64,000 nt of DNA. Origin: Thermoleophilia bacterium UBA6103 (lineage in GTDB: Bacteria > Actinomycetota > Thermoleophilia > UBA2241). The notes beneath the pieces are model-generated. The model had not been told where the DNA came from, searched no databases, and saw nothing but the letters and a program-made list of their open reading frames with translations. Made by a program: the position numbers and the translations under genes. The stretch spans positions 25,171-89,170 of the forward strand of contig DIWP01000001.1 of NCBI GenBank assembly GCA_002423545.1, written 5' to 3'. Positions 19,126 through 30,787 of this stretch are shown here, in pieces. How positions within the stretch are numbered: position 1 is the stretch's first letter; every line of letters begins with the position of its first letter.

Positions 19126-19728
19126 ATGACGTCTAACATTCCAAGCACCGAAGACGGCGCTCCGCGTCTGCCGCGTACCGAACCACCCGAGCCCGGGCTG
19201 TTGCGGCGTGCCGCGGAGGGCGAGCGCGACGCGTGCCGACGTCTGGTGGAGACCCACCAGGATCTCGTCTTCGGGGTCGCCTGCAAGGTCCTCGGCGACC
19301 CCTGTGAGGCTGAGGACGCTGCCCAGGAGGCGTTCCTGCGGATGTTCCGGGCCTTGCCGGGCTATCGTGGGGAGTGTGCCTTCGCGACGTGGCTCTTCCG
19401 CATCGCCGCCAGCGCGGCGGTCGACCAGGGTCGGCGCCGACGACGGCTGAGCCGGGGGGTGGCCGATCCGACTGCCGCGCTGCCGCGTCTGGCCGCCGGT
19501 CCGGAGGTGGCCGTCGAGCAGACCGAGCGCTGCCGTGACGTGCTGCGGGCGATGGCGGAGCTGCGGCCGGCACTGCGCGGGCCGCTCGTCTTGCGGGAGG
19601 TGTACGGCTTGCCGTACGAGGAGATCGGCGTGCTTCTGGGTCGCCGGCTGGGAACGGTCAAGGCGGCCGTGCATCGTGGCCGCGCTGCCGTGGCAGCCGC
19701 GCTGGACGGCGGAGAGGTGAGTGGATGA
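19126..19728 (+). CDS. ECF-family RNA polymerase sigma factor (sigma-70 regions 2 and 4)
   Basis: Start MTSNIPSTEDG...; LLRRAAEGERDACRRLVETHQDLV (region 2.1/2.2) and YEEIGVLLGRRLGTVKAAVHRGR (region 4 HTH). Confidence 0.85.
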   Translation: MTSNIPSTEDGAPRLPRTEPPEPGLLRRAAEGERDACRRLVETHQDLVFGVACKVLGDPCEAEDAAQEAFLRMFRALPGYRGECAFATWLFRIAASAAVDQGRRRRRLSRGVADPTAALPRLAAGPEVAVEQTERCRDVLRAMAELRPALRGPLVLREVYGLPYEEIGVLLGRRLGTVKAAVHRGRAAVAAALDGGEVSG

Positions 19729-20051
19729 ACAGCGATGATCTGAGCAGCGTCCTCGACACTCTGGCGTTCGTCGAGGTCGAGACGCCCCAGGACTTCGCCG
19801 AGCGTGTCCTGCTGGCGCTCGATGCGCGCTCGCGGGAGCGACGGCGGACCCTGCGGCTCGCCGTCCTGAGCGTCAGGACGGACCTCTGGCGGCGCGGCCG
19901 GGAGGGGACGCAGCGGGCCGGTGAGTGGCTGGACGCGCGGGGCGGCTTCGGGCGCAGCGCGCTGGCGGGCTCGGCGATCGTGATCGGCGCCGTTGCCATC
20001 GGACTGGAGACCCGCCATCTGCGGCGCTCGAGGGAGGTGACGTCGGCATGA
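19725..20051 (+). CDS. putative anti-sigma factor (small, single C-terminal TM)
   Basis: ATGA overlap with the sigma stop; 108 aa; TM helix SALAGSAIVIGAVAIGL near the C-terminus. Its stop overlaps the fabZ start. Confidence 0.5.
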   Translation: MNSDDLSSVLDTLAFVEVETPQDFAERVLLALDARSRERRRTLRLAVLSVRTDLWRRGREGTQRAGEWLDARGGFGRSALAGSAIVIGAVAIGLETRHLRRSREVTSA

Positions 20052-20551
20052 GTGAGAGTATCGTGATGGACCGGACGGCGATCGAGGCCGTGCTGCCTCA
20101 CCGGGCGCCGTTCCTCCTGGTCGACGAGGTGCTTGAGCTGGAGCCCGGCATACGGTGCCGCGCGCGCCGCGCTCTGCGACCGGACGAGTTCTGGTTCGCC
20201 GGCCACTTCCCGGGCAATCCAGTCATGCCCGGAGTCCTGGTCGTGGAGGCTCTGGCCCAGACCGGGGCCATCGCGGCCCTGAGTCAGCCTGGCTCCCAGG
20301 ACCGGATCGTGCTGTTCGCCGGCATCGACAAGGTGCGGTTCAAGCGTGTGGTGCGCCCCGGCGACACGTTGGAGCTGGCCTGCGAGGTCACCGCGCTGCG
20401 CGCCGGTGTCGGTCGCGGCAACGTGAAGGCCACCGTCGACGGCGAGCTTGTCTGTCGCGGCGAGCTGATGTTCGCGCTGGCCGACGCCGAGGCCGCGGCA
20501 GCCGGTCAGCCGACCATGAGCACGGCTCCCGACCGCGAGCGTCCGGCGTGA
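20048..20551 (+). CDS. fabZ: 3-hydroxyacyl-ACP dehydratase FabZ
   Basis: LPHRAPFLLVDEV...GHFPGNPVMPGVL hot-dog motifs. ATG overlaps the anti-sigma stop. Confidence 0.85.
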   Translation: MSESIVMDRTAIEAVLPHRAPFLLVDEVLELEPGIRCRARRALRPDEFWFAGHFPGNPVMPGVLVVEALAQTGAIAALSQPGSQDRIVLFAGIDKVRFKRVVRPGDTLELACEVTALRAGVGRGNVKATVDGELVCRGELMFALADAEAAAAGQPTMSTAPDRERPA

Positions 20552-21612
20552 CTCAGGCACCCCGGGACGGGGGGGTCGTCCGCGGCGTGCGCATCTCCGG
20601 GATCGGCGTGCACGTGCCGCAACGCATCCTCACCAACGACGACATCTCGCAGTTCCTGGACACCTCAGACGACTGGATCCGATCGCGTACCGGGATCCGG
20701 GAACGGCGCATCGCGACGGCCGCCGAGGCGCCGAGTGACCTCGGCGTGCTGGCTGCCGTACGGGCGCTCGACATGGCCGGCGTGTCTCCGCGGGAGATCG
20801 AGCTGGTCATCTCGTCGAGCCTCATCCCGGACATGGTCTTCCCCGCCACGGCGGCGGTGATCGCCGAGCGGATCGGCGCCCGCGAGGCCGGCGCCTTCGA
20901 CGTCCAGGCCGGCTGCACCGGCTTTGTCTACGCGCTGGCGGCCGCCGCCGCGTTCATCGGCGCCGGCATGTACCGTCGTGTACTGGTCGTCGGCGCCGAG
21001 ACGGTCTCCAAGGGCCTTGACTGGGAGGATCGGCGCACCTGCGTGCTGTTCGGAGACGGCGCCGGCGCAGTGGTCGTGGAGCGTTCGGCGGACCACGAGC
21101 TCTTCACGTTCGATCTCGGCAACGACGGCTCCGGCGCCGGCAAGCTGAACATGCCGGCCGGGGGTGCCCGCCTACCGGCCACGCACGACTCGGTCTCTCG
21201 CCGCGAGCACTTTCTCAAGATGGACGGACCGGAGGTGTTCCGCTTCGCCACGCGGACGGTCGCCGAATCGTGTCTGAGGGTGCTGCAGAACGCAGACCTC
21301 ACGGTGGATGACGTCGATCTCTTCGTGCCGCACCAGGCCAACCAGCGCATCATCGCTTCGGCGGTGCGCAGGCTGGGGATCGCCGAGGACCGTGTGTTCA
21401 CCAACCTCGAGCGCTACGGCAATACCTCGTGCGCCTCGATCCCGTTGTGCCTCGAGGAGGCCATGGAGAGCGGACGTCTGGCAGCCGGGCAACGCCTGCT
21501 GCTGGCGGGCTTCGGCGCCGGTCTCAGCTGGGGGTCGGCGGTCATCACGTGGAGCCTGGATGGTGCGCCGGACGGCGATCCCGGTCGCGACGCACGGGGG
21601 TCAGATACGTGA
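20548..21612 (+). CDS. fabH: 3-oxoacyl-ACP synthase III FabH
   Basis: GTG start overlapping the fabZ stop (GTGA). DDWIRSRTGIRER, active-site AGCTGFVYAL, VPHQANQRI, GNTSCASIP. Confidence 0.9.
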   Translation: MTQAPRDGGVVRGVRISGIGVHVPQRILTNDDISQFLDTSDDWIRSRTGIRERRIATAAEAPSDLGVLAAVRALDMAGVSPREIELVISSSLIPDMVFPATAAVIAERIGAREAGAFDVQAGCTGFVYALAAAAAFIGAGMYRRVLVVGAETVSKGLDWEDRRTCVLFGDGAGAVVVERSADHELFTFDLGNDGSGAGKLNMPAGGARLPATHDSVSRREHFLKMDGPEVFRFATRTVAESCLRVLQNADLTVDDVDLFVPHQANQRIIASAVRRLGIAEDRVFTNLERYGNTSCASIPLCLEEAMESGRLAAGQRLLLAGFGAGLSWGSAVITWSLDGAPDGDPGRDARGSDT

Positions 21613-22538
21613 AGACGCTGGTGTTCCCGGGCCAGGGCTCGCAGTCTGTGGGCATGTGCCGCGACCTCTACGAGGCAGTGCCGACGGTGCGCGACACGTA
21701 CAGCGAGGCCGCGGCGGTGCTGGGCTACGACATCGCCACGCCTTCGTTCGAGGGACCGGTCGAGCAGCTCTCCCAGACCGATGTGACGCAGCCGGCGCTG
21801 CTGGTCGCCGAGGTGGCGACGCTGCGGGCGGCGCGCGAGCGCGGCCTCGTCTTCGACTGCGCGCTCGGCCACAGTCTGGGCGAGTACTCGGCTCTGGTCG
21901 CCGTCGGCGCGCTGTCCTTCGGCGCCGCGGTAGACCTGGTCCGGCGTCGCGGCGCCGCCATGCAGACGGCGGCGGCCCGCCACCCCGGCGGGATGCTGGC
22001 CGTGCTCGGCCTCGACGACGAGATCGTGGAACAGCTGTGCGACGCTGTCGACGGTACGTGGCCGGCCAACTACAACTGCCCCGGCCAAGTCGTCGTGAGC
22101 GGCACGCCTGAAGGGCTCGACGCGCTGGCCGACAAGGCTGCCGAAGCGGGCGCCCGCAAGGTGATCCGCCTGCCGGTCAGCGGCGCCTTCCACTCGCCGC
22201 ATATGGCAGCCGCCGCCGCCGAGCTGACGCCGGCGTTGGAGCGGACCCGATGGTCTGTCCCGACGTGCCGGTTCTTCTCCGTGAGCACGGTAGGCTTCTG
22301 CGACGGCGGCCGGCCGCCGTCGTTCGCCGGCGTGCTCACCGAGCAGATCACGGCGCCGGTGCGTTTCACGCAGGCCGTCCAGACGCTGATGGCGGCCGGC
22401 TGTGACGCTTTCCTCGAGGTCGGGCCGGGAGCGGTGCTCAGCGGCCTGATCAAGCGGATCACCGGCGACGCCACCGTGAGCCGCATCGGCGATGTCGAGA
22501 CGCTGGCGGCGCTGGCTGAAAAATGGGTCGAGACATGA
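21609..22538 (+). CDS. fabD: malonyl-CoA:ACP transacylase FabD
   Basis: GTG start overlapping the fabH stop. FPGQGSQ and GHSLGEYSAL motifs. Confidence 0.9.
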   Translation: MKTLVFPGQGSQSVGMCRDLYEAVPTVRDTYSEAAAVLGYDIATPSFEGPVEQLSQTDVTQPALLVAEVATLRAARERGLVFDCALGHSLGEYSALVAVGALSFGAAVDLVRRRGAAMQTAAARHPGGMLAVLGLDDEIVEQLCDAVDGTWPANYNCPGQVVVSGTPEGLDALADKAAEAGARKVIRLPVSGAFHSPHMAAAAAELTPALERTRWSVPTCRFFSVSTVGFCDGGRPPSFAGVLTEQITAPVRFTQAVQTLMAAGCDAFLEVGPGAVLSGLIKRITGDATVSRIGDVETLAALAEKWVET

Positions 22539-22676
22539 CTGCGCGGGGCCTCGACGGACTCCAGAGACGATCCGGCACGGCCGTCGGATGCAGGACGAAC
22601 GCCGGCGCCCGGGCCGTCGGGAGCAGAGAGGCGGCCGAGCGTCCTACGCCGGCCTTGGGACAGGAGTGACCGAAGC

Positions 22677-23432
22677 ATGAGCATGACGATCGAACTGGAC
22701 GGCACGGTGGCGCTGGTGACCGGCGCCGGTCGCGGCATCGGTCGCGAGATCGTCCTGGCGCTGGCCGCGGCCGGCGCAGACGTGGCGATCAACGACTTCG
22801 CCGGCGAAGAGGCCTGCGAGGAGGTCGCGCGGCTTGTGCGCGAGCTCGATCGCAAGGCGATCGTGGTCATGGCGGACGTCGGCGACGAAGAGGCGGTCGC
22901 GGCGATGGTCGAGCGGATCGAGCAGGAGCTGGGGCCGCTGGGAATCGTCGTCAACAACGCGGGCATCACGCGTGACAACGTCGTGATGCTCATCGACAGC
23001 GCCGACTTCGACGCCGTGATCCGCACACATCTGCGCGGGACGTTCCTGCTGAGCAAGGCGGCGGCACGCAAGATGTTCCGCCGCCGTAGCGGCGTCATCA
23101 TCAACATGTCGAGCGTGGTCGGACGTCGCGGCAACGCCGGGCAGGCCAACTACGCGGCCGCCAAGGCGGGCATCATCGGCCTCACCAAGTCGCTGGCCAA
23201 GGAGCTCGGCGCCCGCGGGGTGCGCGTCAACGCCATCGCTCCGGGGTACATCGACACGGCCATGACGCAGGCGCTCGGTGACGATGTGCGCGCAGCTATC
23301 GTCGAGGCCACTCCGCTGCGCGCCATCGGTACGCCGGGGGACGTCGCCGATGCCGTGGTCTTCCTGGCCTCGGACAGGGCGCGCTTCCTGACCGGGGTCG
23401 TGCTGCCGGTCGATGGGGGACTCGGCACATGA
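22677..23432 (+). CDS. fabG: 3-oxoacyl-ACP reductase FabG (SDR)
   Basis: TGAGRGIGREI, NNAGI, S...YAAAKAG catalytic triad context. Confidence 0.9.
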   Translation: MSMTIELDGTVALVTGAGRGIGREIVLALAAAGADVAINDFAGEEACEEVARLVRELDRKAIVVMADVGDEEAVAAMVERIEQELGPLGIVVNNAGITRDNVVMLIDSADFDAVIRTHLRGTFLLSKAAARKMFRRRSGVIINMSSVVGRRGNAGQANYAAAKAGIIGLTKSLAKELGARGVRVNAIAPGYIDTAMTQALGDDVRAAIVEATPLRAIGTPGDVADAVVFLASDRARFLTGVVLPVDGGLGT

Positions 23433-23508
23433 TGGTCATGGATGCTGCAGAGACGCAGGCAAAAAGTCGACTCGGCAGCTGTCGACGCAGAGTCCGGGAG
23501 GGTTCGAG

Positions 23509-24759
23509 ATGAGCGACACGCCGAGACGCGTGGTGGTCACCGGATCGGGGATGCTGTCCCCGCTGGGCCACGATGTGCCGTCAACGTGGCGACGCCTCAT
23601 CGCCGGAGAGAGCGGCATCACGTCGATCACCGGGTTCGACGCCTCGCGCATCGCATCGCGCGTCGCCGGCGAGGTCAAGGACTTCGACCCTGTGGAGCAT
23701 CTCGACAAGCGCGCCGCACGACGCATGGATCCCTACGCGCAGTTCGCCGTCTTCGCGGCACGTCAGGCGTTGACCGATGCCGGTCTGGAGATCACGCCTC
23801 AGGCGGCGCTGCGGACCGGGGCTGTCGTGGGCAGCGGCGTCGGCGGCCTGCTGACGTTTCAGGAGCAGACCCGCGTCCTGCTCGCGAAGGGGCCCGAGCG
23901 GGTCAATCCCCTCTTCATCCCGATGATGATCCCCAACATGGCCGCGGCGCACGTCTCGCTCGATCTGGGGCTCAAGGGTCCGGTCACCGCGGTGTGTACC
24001 GCGTGCGCGGCGGGATCCAACGCCATCGGCGACGCCTTCGAGATCATCCGGCGCGGGGCCGCCGACGTCATGCTGGCCGGCGGCAGCGAGGCGGCGGTCA
24101 ACGAGACCGGCGTGGCCGCCTTCGCCGCCATGCGGGCGCTGAGCACGCGCAACGACGCGCCGGAAGAGGCCTCGCGTCCGTTCGACGCCGGCCGCGACGG
24201 ATTCGTCATAGGCGAGGGCGCCGGCATCCTGGTGCTGGAGGAGCTGGAGCACGCCCGCGCTCGCGGCGCCCGCATCGTCGCCGAGGTGGTGGGGTACGGC
24301 ATGAGCGCCGACGCGTTCCACCTCACCCTGCCCGACGAGACCGGCGAGGCCCAGGCGCGGGCCATGACGCTCGCCCTCGAGCAGGCCGGTCTTGCGCCGG
24401 CCGACGTCGACTACGTGAACGCCCACGGCACGGCGACCATCTCCGGTGACATCGCCGAGACACGGGCCGTCAAGCTCGCGTTCGGAGAGTATGCCGCACG
24501 CGTGCCGGTCTCGTCGACGAAATCGATGACCGGCCACCTTCTCGGTGGCGCCGGCGCCATCGAGGCGGTCTTCTGCATCCGTACGATCACCGACGGCGTC
24601 ATCCCGCCGACCACCAACCTGACCGATCCCGATCCCGAGTGCGACCTCGACTACGTGCCCAACGAAGCCAGGAAGGCTGACGTACGCGTCGCCATGTCCA
24701 ACTCGTTCGGCTTCGGCGGTCACGACATCTCGGTCATCTTCAGGCGCTTCGAGGAGTGA
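23509..24759 (+). CDS. fabF: 3-oxoacyl-ACP synthase II FabF
   Basis: Start MSDTPRRVVVTGSG with GGGAGGG RBS. Active-site Cys (AVCTACAAGSNAIG), HGTAT, GHLLGGAG. Confidence 0.9.
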   Translation: MSDTPRRVVVTGSGMLSPLGHDVPSTWRRLIAGESGITSITGFDASRIASRVAGEVKDFDPVEHLDKRAARRMDPYAQFAVFAARQALTDAGLEITPQAALRTGAVVGSGVGGLLTFQEQTRVLLAKGPERVNPLFIPMMIPNMAAAHVSLDLGLKGPVTAVCTACAAGSNAIGDAFEIIRRGAADVMLAGGSEAAVNETGVAAFAAMRALSTRNDAPEEASRPFDAGRDGFVIGEGAGILVLEELEHARARGARIVAEVVGYGMSADAFHLTLPDETGEAQARAMTLALEQAGLAPADVDYVNAHGTATISGDIAETRAVKLAFGEYAARVPVSSTKSMTGHLLGGAGAIEAVFCIRTITDGVIPPTTNLTDPDPECDLDYVPNEARKADVRVAMSNSFGFGGHDISVIFRRFEE

Positions 24760-25646
24760 CAGTGAGCGCCTGCACGATGAGAGTCGGCCGACCTCTCGCC
24801 GGGACGGAGGCGTCGTGACGCCGGTGGAGGTCCAGATCGAGTCGCGTAACGGTGCGCAGGCGCCGTCCGGCTGGTGCTGTCCCGAATGCGGCGCATTGAC
24901 AGAGCGCGGGGAGTGGCGGGCCCGATCCTGCGTGTGCCCGGCGTGCGGTCACCACGCGCGGATCGGTGCCCGCGACCGCATCGCTCAGCTTGCCGACCCG
25001 GGCAGCTTCTCAGAGGAGTGGTCTCACCTCCGGACGCTCGATCCGCTGCAGTTCGTGGATCTCGAGGCCTACCCGGAGAGGACGCGCACGGCTCAGGCAG
25101 CCACCGGCCTCACCGAGGCCATCGTCGCCGGCCGGGCGCGGATCGAGAACGTGGCCTGCGTACTGGCCGTCATGGACTTCGGCTTCATGGGCGGCAGCAT
25201 GGGCAGCGTGGTGGGCGAGCGCTTCTTCCGCGCCGCCGAGGCGGCCGTCGCCGATCGAGTGCCGCTGGTGGCCGTCTGCAGCTCCGGCGGCGCCCGCATG
25301 CAGGAGGGTGTCCTGTCGCTCATGCAGATGGCCAAGACCACGCTGGCCGTCGACATGCTCAACGAGACCCGCACGCCGTACGTCGCGGTGCTGGTCGACC
25401 CCTGTACCGGCGGCGTCGTGGCAAGCTTCGCCACGCTGGCCGACATCTGCGTCGCCGAGCCGGGTGCGCGCCTCTACTTTTCGGGGCCGCGCGTGATCAA
25501 GGAGACAACGCGGGAAGAGCTGCCGGATGGCTTCAGCAGCGCCGAGCGCAACATGGCGCTCGGTCATCTCGATGCCGTGGTCCCGCGTGCCGAGCTGCGC
25601 GGTCGGCTTGCCTCGTACCTGCGACTGCTGAAGGGAGGTGCACGAG

Positions 25647-26735
<1,089 letters not shown>

Positions 26736-26990
26736 GGACCCATCCCGATAGGCACGCGCGTTCGGGGCGGTCGTGGACCGTGCGGGGCGGTCACGAGACG
26801 GTCTCTTCGTTGCCGAGCTGCGGGGAACCGGGGAAGGACCGCAACCGCGACGTGTCCACAGGCGCATCCGGGCGTGCAGACCTGGAGGGACAGGTCCTGA
26901 GGATCGCCGGTCGGTCGGGCGCCTCGTCCCGGCGCCTCGTCCCGCCGTCGGGTGCGGACCGGCGCGCCCCGACCCCGACCCCGGTGTCGC

Positions 26991-28202
26991 TCAGTCGATG
27001 TGGAACGAGTCGACGATGCGGCTCAGCACGGCCCAGTCGGCCTTCCAGTCGTCGCTCCGGCCACGGACGATGACGCTGTACACGGAGCTGTTGTGCCAGA
27101 TGTCGTAGGTGCGCGTGCGCAGCTCCGTGCCGTCGCTCTGTCGTCGGGTGACGTCGATGACCCAGGCGGTGCTGCCGTTGAGCTTCACCGCCTGCGGCGA
27201 ACGCACCTTCACGACCGCCGGCTCGTCGCGGAGCTGCTCGGCAGCGGTGCGGTAGAACGTCTCCAGCAGACGCGACTGGCTGTTGCCGATGCCCTCCGGC
27301 GCCTCTGCGACGCCGACCGCCGCCGCCACCAGCGGCGAGGCGGCGAAGTCGCTGAACTCGGCCCCGAACTCAAGCTGTGACGTCGGGTCCTCCGACTGGG
27401 CGACAACGGGGAACGCGGCCGGCAGCTCGAGCGAGAAGGAGTAGCGGGCGTTCTCGTAGAGGACGTTGCGCGGCTGCAGACCATCCATGCCGGCCAGCGG
27501 CTGCAGCTCGATGCTCTGCACGACGGCGTCCAGGGCCGCCTCGGTCTTGTCCCACTGATCACGTGGTGCGTACTCCCGGATGGTGTAGACGAAACGCCCC
27601 AGCACCGCGACCGACAGGCGCACGTGCAGCTCGGTGGCGGCCGCCTGGTCGTAGCCGACGGCGTCGACGCTGACGGCATCCACGGAGCCGCCCAGCGCCG
27701 AGAGCAGCGGCTCGTCCCATAACGCTCCGTCCCAGGCGCGATCCAGCTCGGCGAGCTGGACATCGAGAGCGTAGCGTGCCAGACCGATGCCCTCTTCGCC
27801 GTTCGAGAAGTCGAGCTGCTGCACGGTGACGCCGACGCCGGGCGAGGCGGCAAGGCTGTCGGCGTCGGTCCTGGTCAGGTTCACGTCGAGCGTCTTGAGG
27901 CCCTTGAGCTCCAGCTCGCGCCCGGTGAGCAGCGAAGGCGAGAGCGGCAGGCTCGACGTGCTCTCCGTGCTTTCCAGCCGGAAGTCACCGGCATCATAGG
28001 TGAGCGAGAAGCCCCAGCGCTCGGCCTCGTAGGCCGTCGGCTGACCGGCGTCTGCCGTCGGCGACGCTGTGACCCGCTGTACGGCGGGCTCGACCGGATC
28101 GTCGCCGCCGCAGGCGCCGATCGACACGGCCGGAAAGGCCAGCAGCAGCGCGAGCACGACGCTCACAAGAAGCCTTGGGAAGGGTCCGGGAAGAAGTCGC
28201 AT
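26991..28202 (-). CDS. secreted lipoprotein of unknown function
   Basis: MRLLPGPFPRLLVSVVLALLLAFPAVSIGACGG (lipobox SIGAC). 403 aa with good GC3. Divergent from the ABC transporter at 28287. Confidence 0.55.
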   Translation of the reverse strand: MRLLPGPFPRLLVSVVLALLLAFPAVSIGACGGDDPVEPAVQRVTASPTADAGQPTAYEAERWGFSLTYDAGDFRLESTESTSSLPLSPSLLTGRELELKGLKTLDVNLTRTDADSLAASPGVGVTVQQLDFSNGEEGIGLARYALDVQLAELDRAWDGALWDEPLLSALGGSVDAVSVDAVGYDQAAATELHVRLSVAVLGRFVYTIREYAPRDQWDKTEAALDAVVQSIELQPLAGMDGLQPRNVLYENARYSFSLELPAAFPVVAQSEDPTSQLEFGAEFSDFAASPLVAAAVGVAEAPEGIGNSQSRLLETFYRTAAEQLRDEPAVVKVRSPQAVKLNGSTAWVIDVTRRQSDGTELRTRTYDIWHNSSVYSVIVRGRSDDWKADWAVLSRIVDSFHID

Positions 28203-28286
28203 GCCCCCGATGATAGCAGCCGTCCGGTTGAGACGGCGTTGAGCCGGGAAGCATGTGCACGTCGTACGTCTCTGCGAGGGGGCCGC

Positions 28287-29252
28287 ATGCCGGGACCACC
28301 AGCGTCCGCCGCGATCGTGGCACCGCCCGTGGCGCAGGACCTCCACGAGGACGTCATCGAAGTCCGCGGGTTGCACAAGACGTACGGCGGTGTGCCGGCG
28401 GTGCGGGATGCCACGTTCTCCGTTCGGCGGGGCGAGATCTTCGGGCTTCTGGGCCCCAACGGGGCCGGCAAGACCACGACTGTGGAGTGTCTGCAGGGGC
28501 TGCGGTCGGCGGACGGCGGCTCCATCAGCGTCCTGGGGCTCGACCCGCGCCGGCAGTCGGGCAAGCTGAGACGTCGCATCGGCAGTCAGCTCCAGCAGTC
28601 GGCGCTGCCCGATCACATCAAGGTCTGGGAGGCGCTCGATCTCTTCAGCACGCTGATGCACACCGGGACCGACTGGCGCGTCCTGATGGAGCAGTGGGGG
28701 CTGTCCGCGGTCCGGAGCCGGCGTTTCCACCATCTGTCCGGCGGTCAGCGGCAGCGGCTCTTCGTGGCCCTGGCGCTCGTCAACGGGCCGGAGCTGGTCT
28801 TTCTCGACGAGATGACGACCGGCCTGGACCCGGCGGCCCGGCGCGACGCCTGGGAGCTGATCCGGGAGATCCGCGACCGCGGTGCCACAGTGGTCCTGGT
28901 GACGCACTTCATGGACGAGGCGGAGCGGCTGTGCGACCGGCTGGCGGTCGTCGAGGCCGGTCGCGTGGTGGCCGTGGCATCGCCGCAGGAGCTGATCGCC
29001 GCACATGCCGGCCGTGTGCGCGTGGTCTTCACCTGTACGGAGTGCGACCTGTCCTGGCTCGACCGCGTGCCGCACGTGCACGGCGTCGAGCGTCACGGCG
29101 CCCGGGTCGAAGTGGACGGCGACGGGCCGGTGCTGGCGATGGTGGCCCATGCCCTGGTGGCACACGGCCTGGAGCCGGCCGACCTTCATCTCGAGGAGCC
29201 GACCCTGGAGGACGCCTACCTGCATCTCACCGGCCACCTGATCAGGGAATGA
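28287..29252 (+). CDS. ABC transporter ATP-binding protein (ABC-2 / DrrA-like)
   Basis: Start MPGPPASAAIV with GAGGGGG RBS. Walker A GPNGAGKTT, signature LSGGQRQRLFVALAL, Walker B LVFLDEMTTGLD. Confidence 0.85.
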   Translation: MPGPPASAAIVAPPVAQDLHEDVIEVRGLHKTYGGVPAVRDATFSVRRGEIFGLLGPNGAGKTTTVECLQGLRSADGGSISVLGLDPRRQSGKLRRRIGSQLQQSALPDHIKVWEALDLFSTLMHTGTDWRVLMEQWGLSAVRSRRFHHLSGGQRQRLFVALALVNGPELVFLDEMTTGLDPAARRDAWELIREIRDRGATVVLVTHFMDEAERLCDRLAVVEAGRVVAVASPQELIAAHAGRVRVVFTCTECDLSWLDRVPHVHGVERHGARVEVDGDGPVLAMVAHALVAHGLEPADLHLEEPTLEDAYLHLTGHLIRE

Positions 29253-29268
29253 AGGGCGGCGAACGGCG

Positions 29269-30012
29269 ATGAAGATGCTGCTGCGCCTCACCTGGGTCGA
29301 GATCAAGCTGCTGACACGCGAACCGCTGACCCTGATCTTCACGTTCGGACTGCCGTTGCTCATCCTGCTGGTGCTGGGCGGCATCTTCCGGACGTCGGAC
29401 GTTCTGGACGACGTCCTCGTCGGCCGGCAGCCGATCGACTGGTACGTGCCGGCGTACATGGGTCTGGTGACGGCATCGATCGGCCTCATCTCGCTGCCGG
29501 TCCATCTGGCCAGCTATCGGGAGCGCGGCGTCCTGCGGCGCTTTCGCGCGTCCGGGGTCTCGGAGCTGAGCGTCTTCGGGTCACAGCTCCTGGTCAGCCT
29601 CGGCATCGCCCTCATCGGGTCGGGGTTGCTCTATCTGCTTGGGGCACTGGTCTACGGAGCCGCCCCGCCGCTCGACCCGCTGCGCTTTGTCCTCGCGTTC
29701 ATCGTGAGCGTCGCCATGTTCGCCGCCATCGGCATCCTGCTGGCCGCGGTGATACCGACGGCACGTGCCGTCCAGGGTCTGGGGCTCATCCTCTGGTTCG
29801 TGATGCTGTTTGTCTCGGGTACATCATCGCCTCTGCAGCTTCTGCCGGTCTGGTTGCAGCGCGTCGGGCAGGCCCTGCCGCTCTACCACGTGGTGCAGGC
29901 TCTCGAGCGTCCCTGGAACGGCCGAGGCACCGATCTGGTCCACCTGAGCATCGTCGCCGCCGTCTGTGTGGGGGCGTCGCTCCTGGCGGCGCGCCTCTTC
30001 CGCTGGGATTGA
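29269..30012 (+). CDS. ABC-2 family transporter permease
   Basis: 6-TM protein directly downstream of the ATPase gene. Confidence 0.8.
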   Translation: MKMLLRLTWVEIKLLTREPLTLIFTFGLPLLILLVLGGIFRTSDVLDDVLVGRQPIDWYVPAYMGLVTASIGLISLPVHLASYRERGVLRRFRASGVSELSVFGSQLLVSLGIALIGSGLLYLLGALVYGAAPPLDPLRFVLAFIVSVAMFAAIGILLAAVIPTARAVQGLGLILWFVMLFVSGTSSPLQLLPVWLQRVGQALPLYHVVQALERPWNGRGTDLVHLSIVAAVCVGASLLAARLFRWD

Positions 30013-30085
30013 CAGCCGCCGGTCGCGGCGACGCGGCATCCCGCGACGTCCCGGACCAGACTCGATTGTCGTGGCAGCCGATCCG

Positions 30086-30787
30086 TCAGAGAGCGTCGAA
30101 GACCTTCTTGACACGCTCGCGCAGCTTGCGGTCGGCCATGAGCGTCTCGGGACGGCCGGTCAGCCAGGCGCCGGCGACCGGGTCGATGACGCTGACCGCG
30201 CAGCCTTGCTCGGTGGGCCACAGACCGATCTGGACCGTCAGGGCCCCGACCGTCGCCGGGTCGGTGGCGGCGACGCTCTTGACCACGACCGGTGAGGCGA
30301 CCTGCAGCAGGTGGTACTCACCCGCGTCGCCGGCCGGCAGGCGTGCCTCCGAGACGGTGGCAAGCCGGTTCTCGATGAGCGACTCGCGTAGGCGTCTGAG
30401 CGTGTCTTCGAGACCCGCCGCACTCTCCTTGACGTAGCGGAACGTTCCGCCCCTGGCTTGTCGCTCGGAGTACGGCGTGGCCGCGAAGGTGCTGCGCAGG
30501 TGGGCGATGATGGCGTCGGAGCCGACGATGGCCAGGCCCCCGTCGGTCAGGACCGGCACCTGGTCCTGACCGCTCACCTCCAGCAGCATGGCACGTCCCT
30601 CCTTGCTGGGAGCGACATTGACGCACGTGTACGTGATGCACAGCTCTGTCATGACCTGGCGCACCCTGTGGCTGTAGGCGCACCACTCCGTCTGGTACAA
30701 GGTGAGAGAGCGCTCGGCGGCGGCCCGGCGGCCGTCGGCAGCGGCGGTCCCGTCCGTCAGCGGGCCGCAGCCGTCACCGGCGGTCAT
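30086..30787 (-). CDS. monothiol glutaredoxin-like domain fused to a DUF302-like C-terminal domain
   Basis: Start MTAGDGCGPL... (ATGA coupled to the upstream YyaL gene). LTLYQTEWCAYSHRVRQVM...VPVLTDGGLAIVGSDAII is a Grx/NrdH-like fold with a single active-site Cys. C-terminal domain guess is from memory. Confidence 0.55.
   Translation of the reverse strand: MTAGDGCGPLTDGTAAADGRRAAAERSLTLYQTEWCAYSHRVRQVMTELCITYTCVNVAPSKEGRAMLLEVSGQDQVPVLTDGGLAIVGSDAIIAHLRSTFAATPYSERQARGGTFRYVKESAAGLEDTLRRLRESLIENRLATVSEARLPAGDAGEYHLLQVASPVVVKSVAATDPATVGALTVQIGLWPTEQGCAVSVIDPVAGAWLTGRPETLMADRKLRERVKKVFDAL

Noticed and set aside
19100-19140. ECF-type promoter-like motif (GCAACC-N17-CGTCTAA) at the sigma-factor start
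   Set aside because: The CGTCT element lies inside the first codons (ATG ACG TCT AAC) of the sigma gene. A promoter there would start transcription after the start codon. Treated as coincidence.
22492-22680. 62-aa ORF in the fabD-fabG gap as a candidate acyl carrier protein
   Set aside because: Its translation is Arg-rich with no DSL(D/E) phosphopantetheine-attachment motif. It is not an ACP.
28195-28205. Apparent one-nucleotide frame inconsistency when re-deriving the lipoprotein start from the printed sequence
   Set aside because: The ORF-track translations on both sides are self-consistent, and neighbouring features check out. I attribute this to my reading of the printed block rather than to a genuine frameshift, and used track-frame coordinates.
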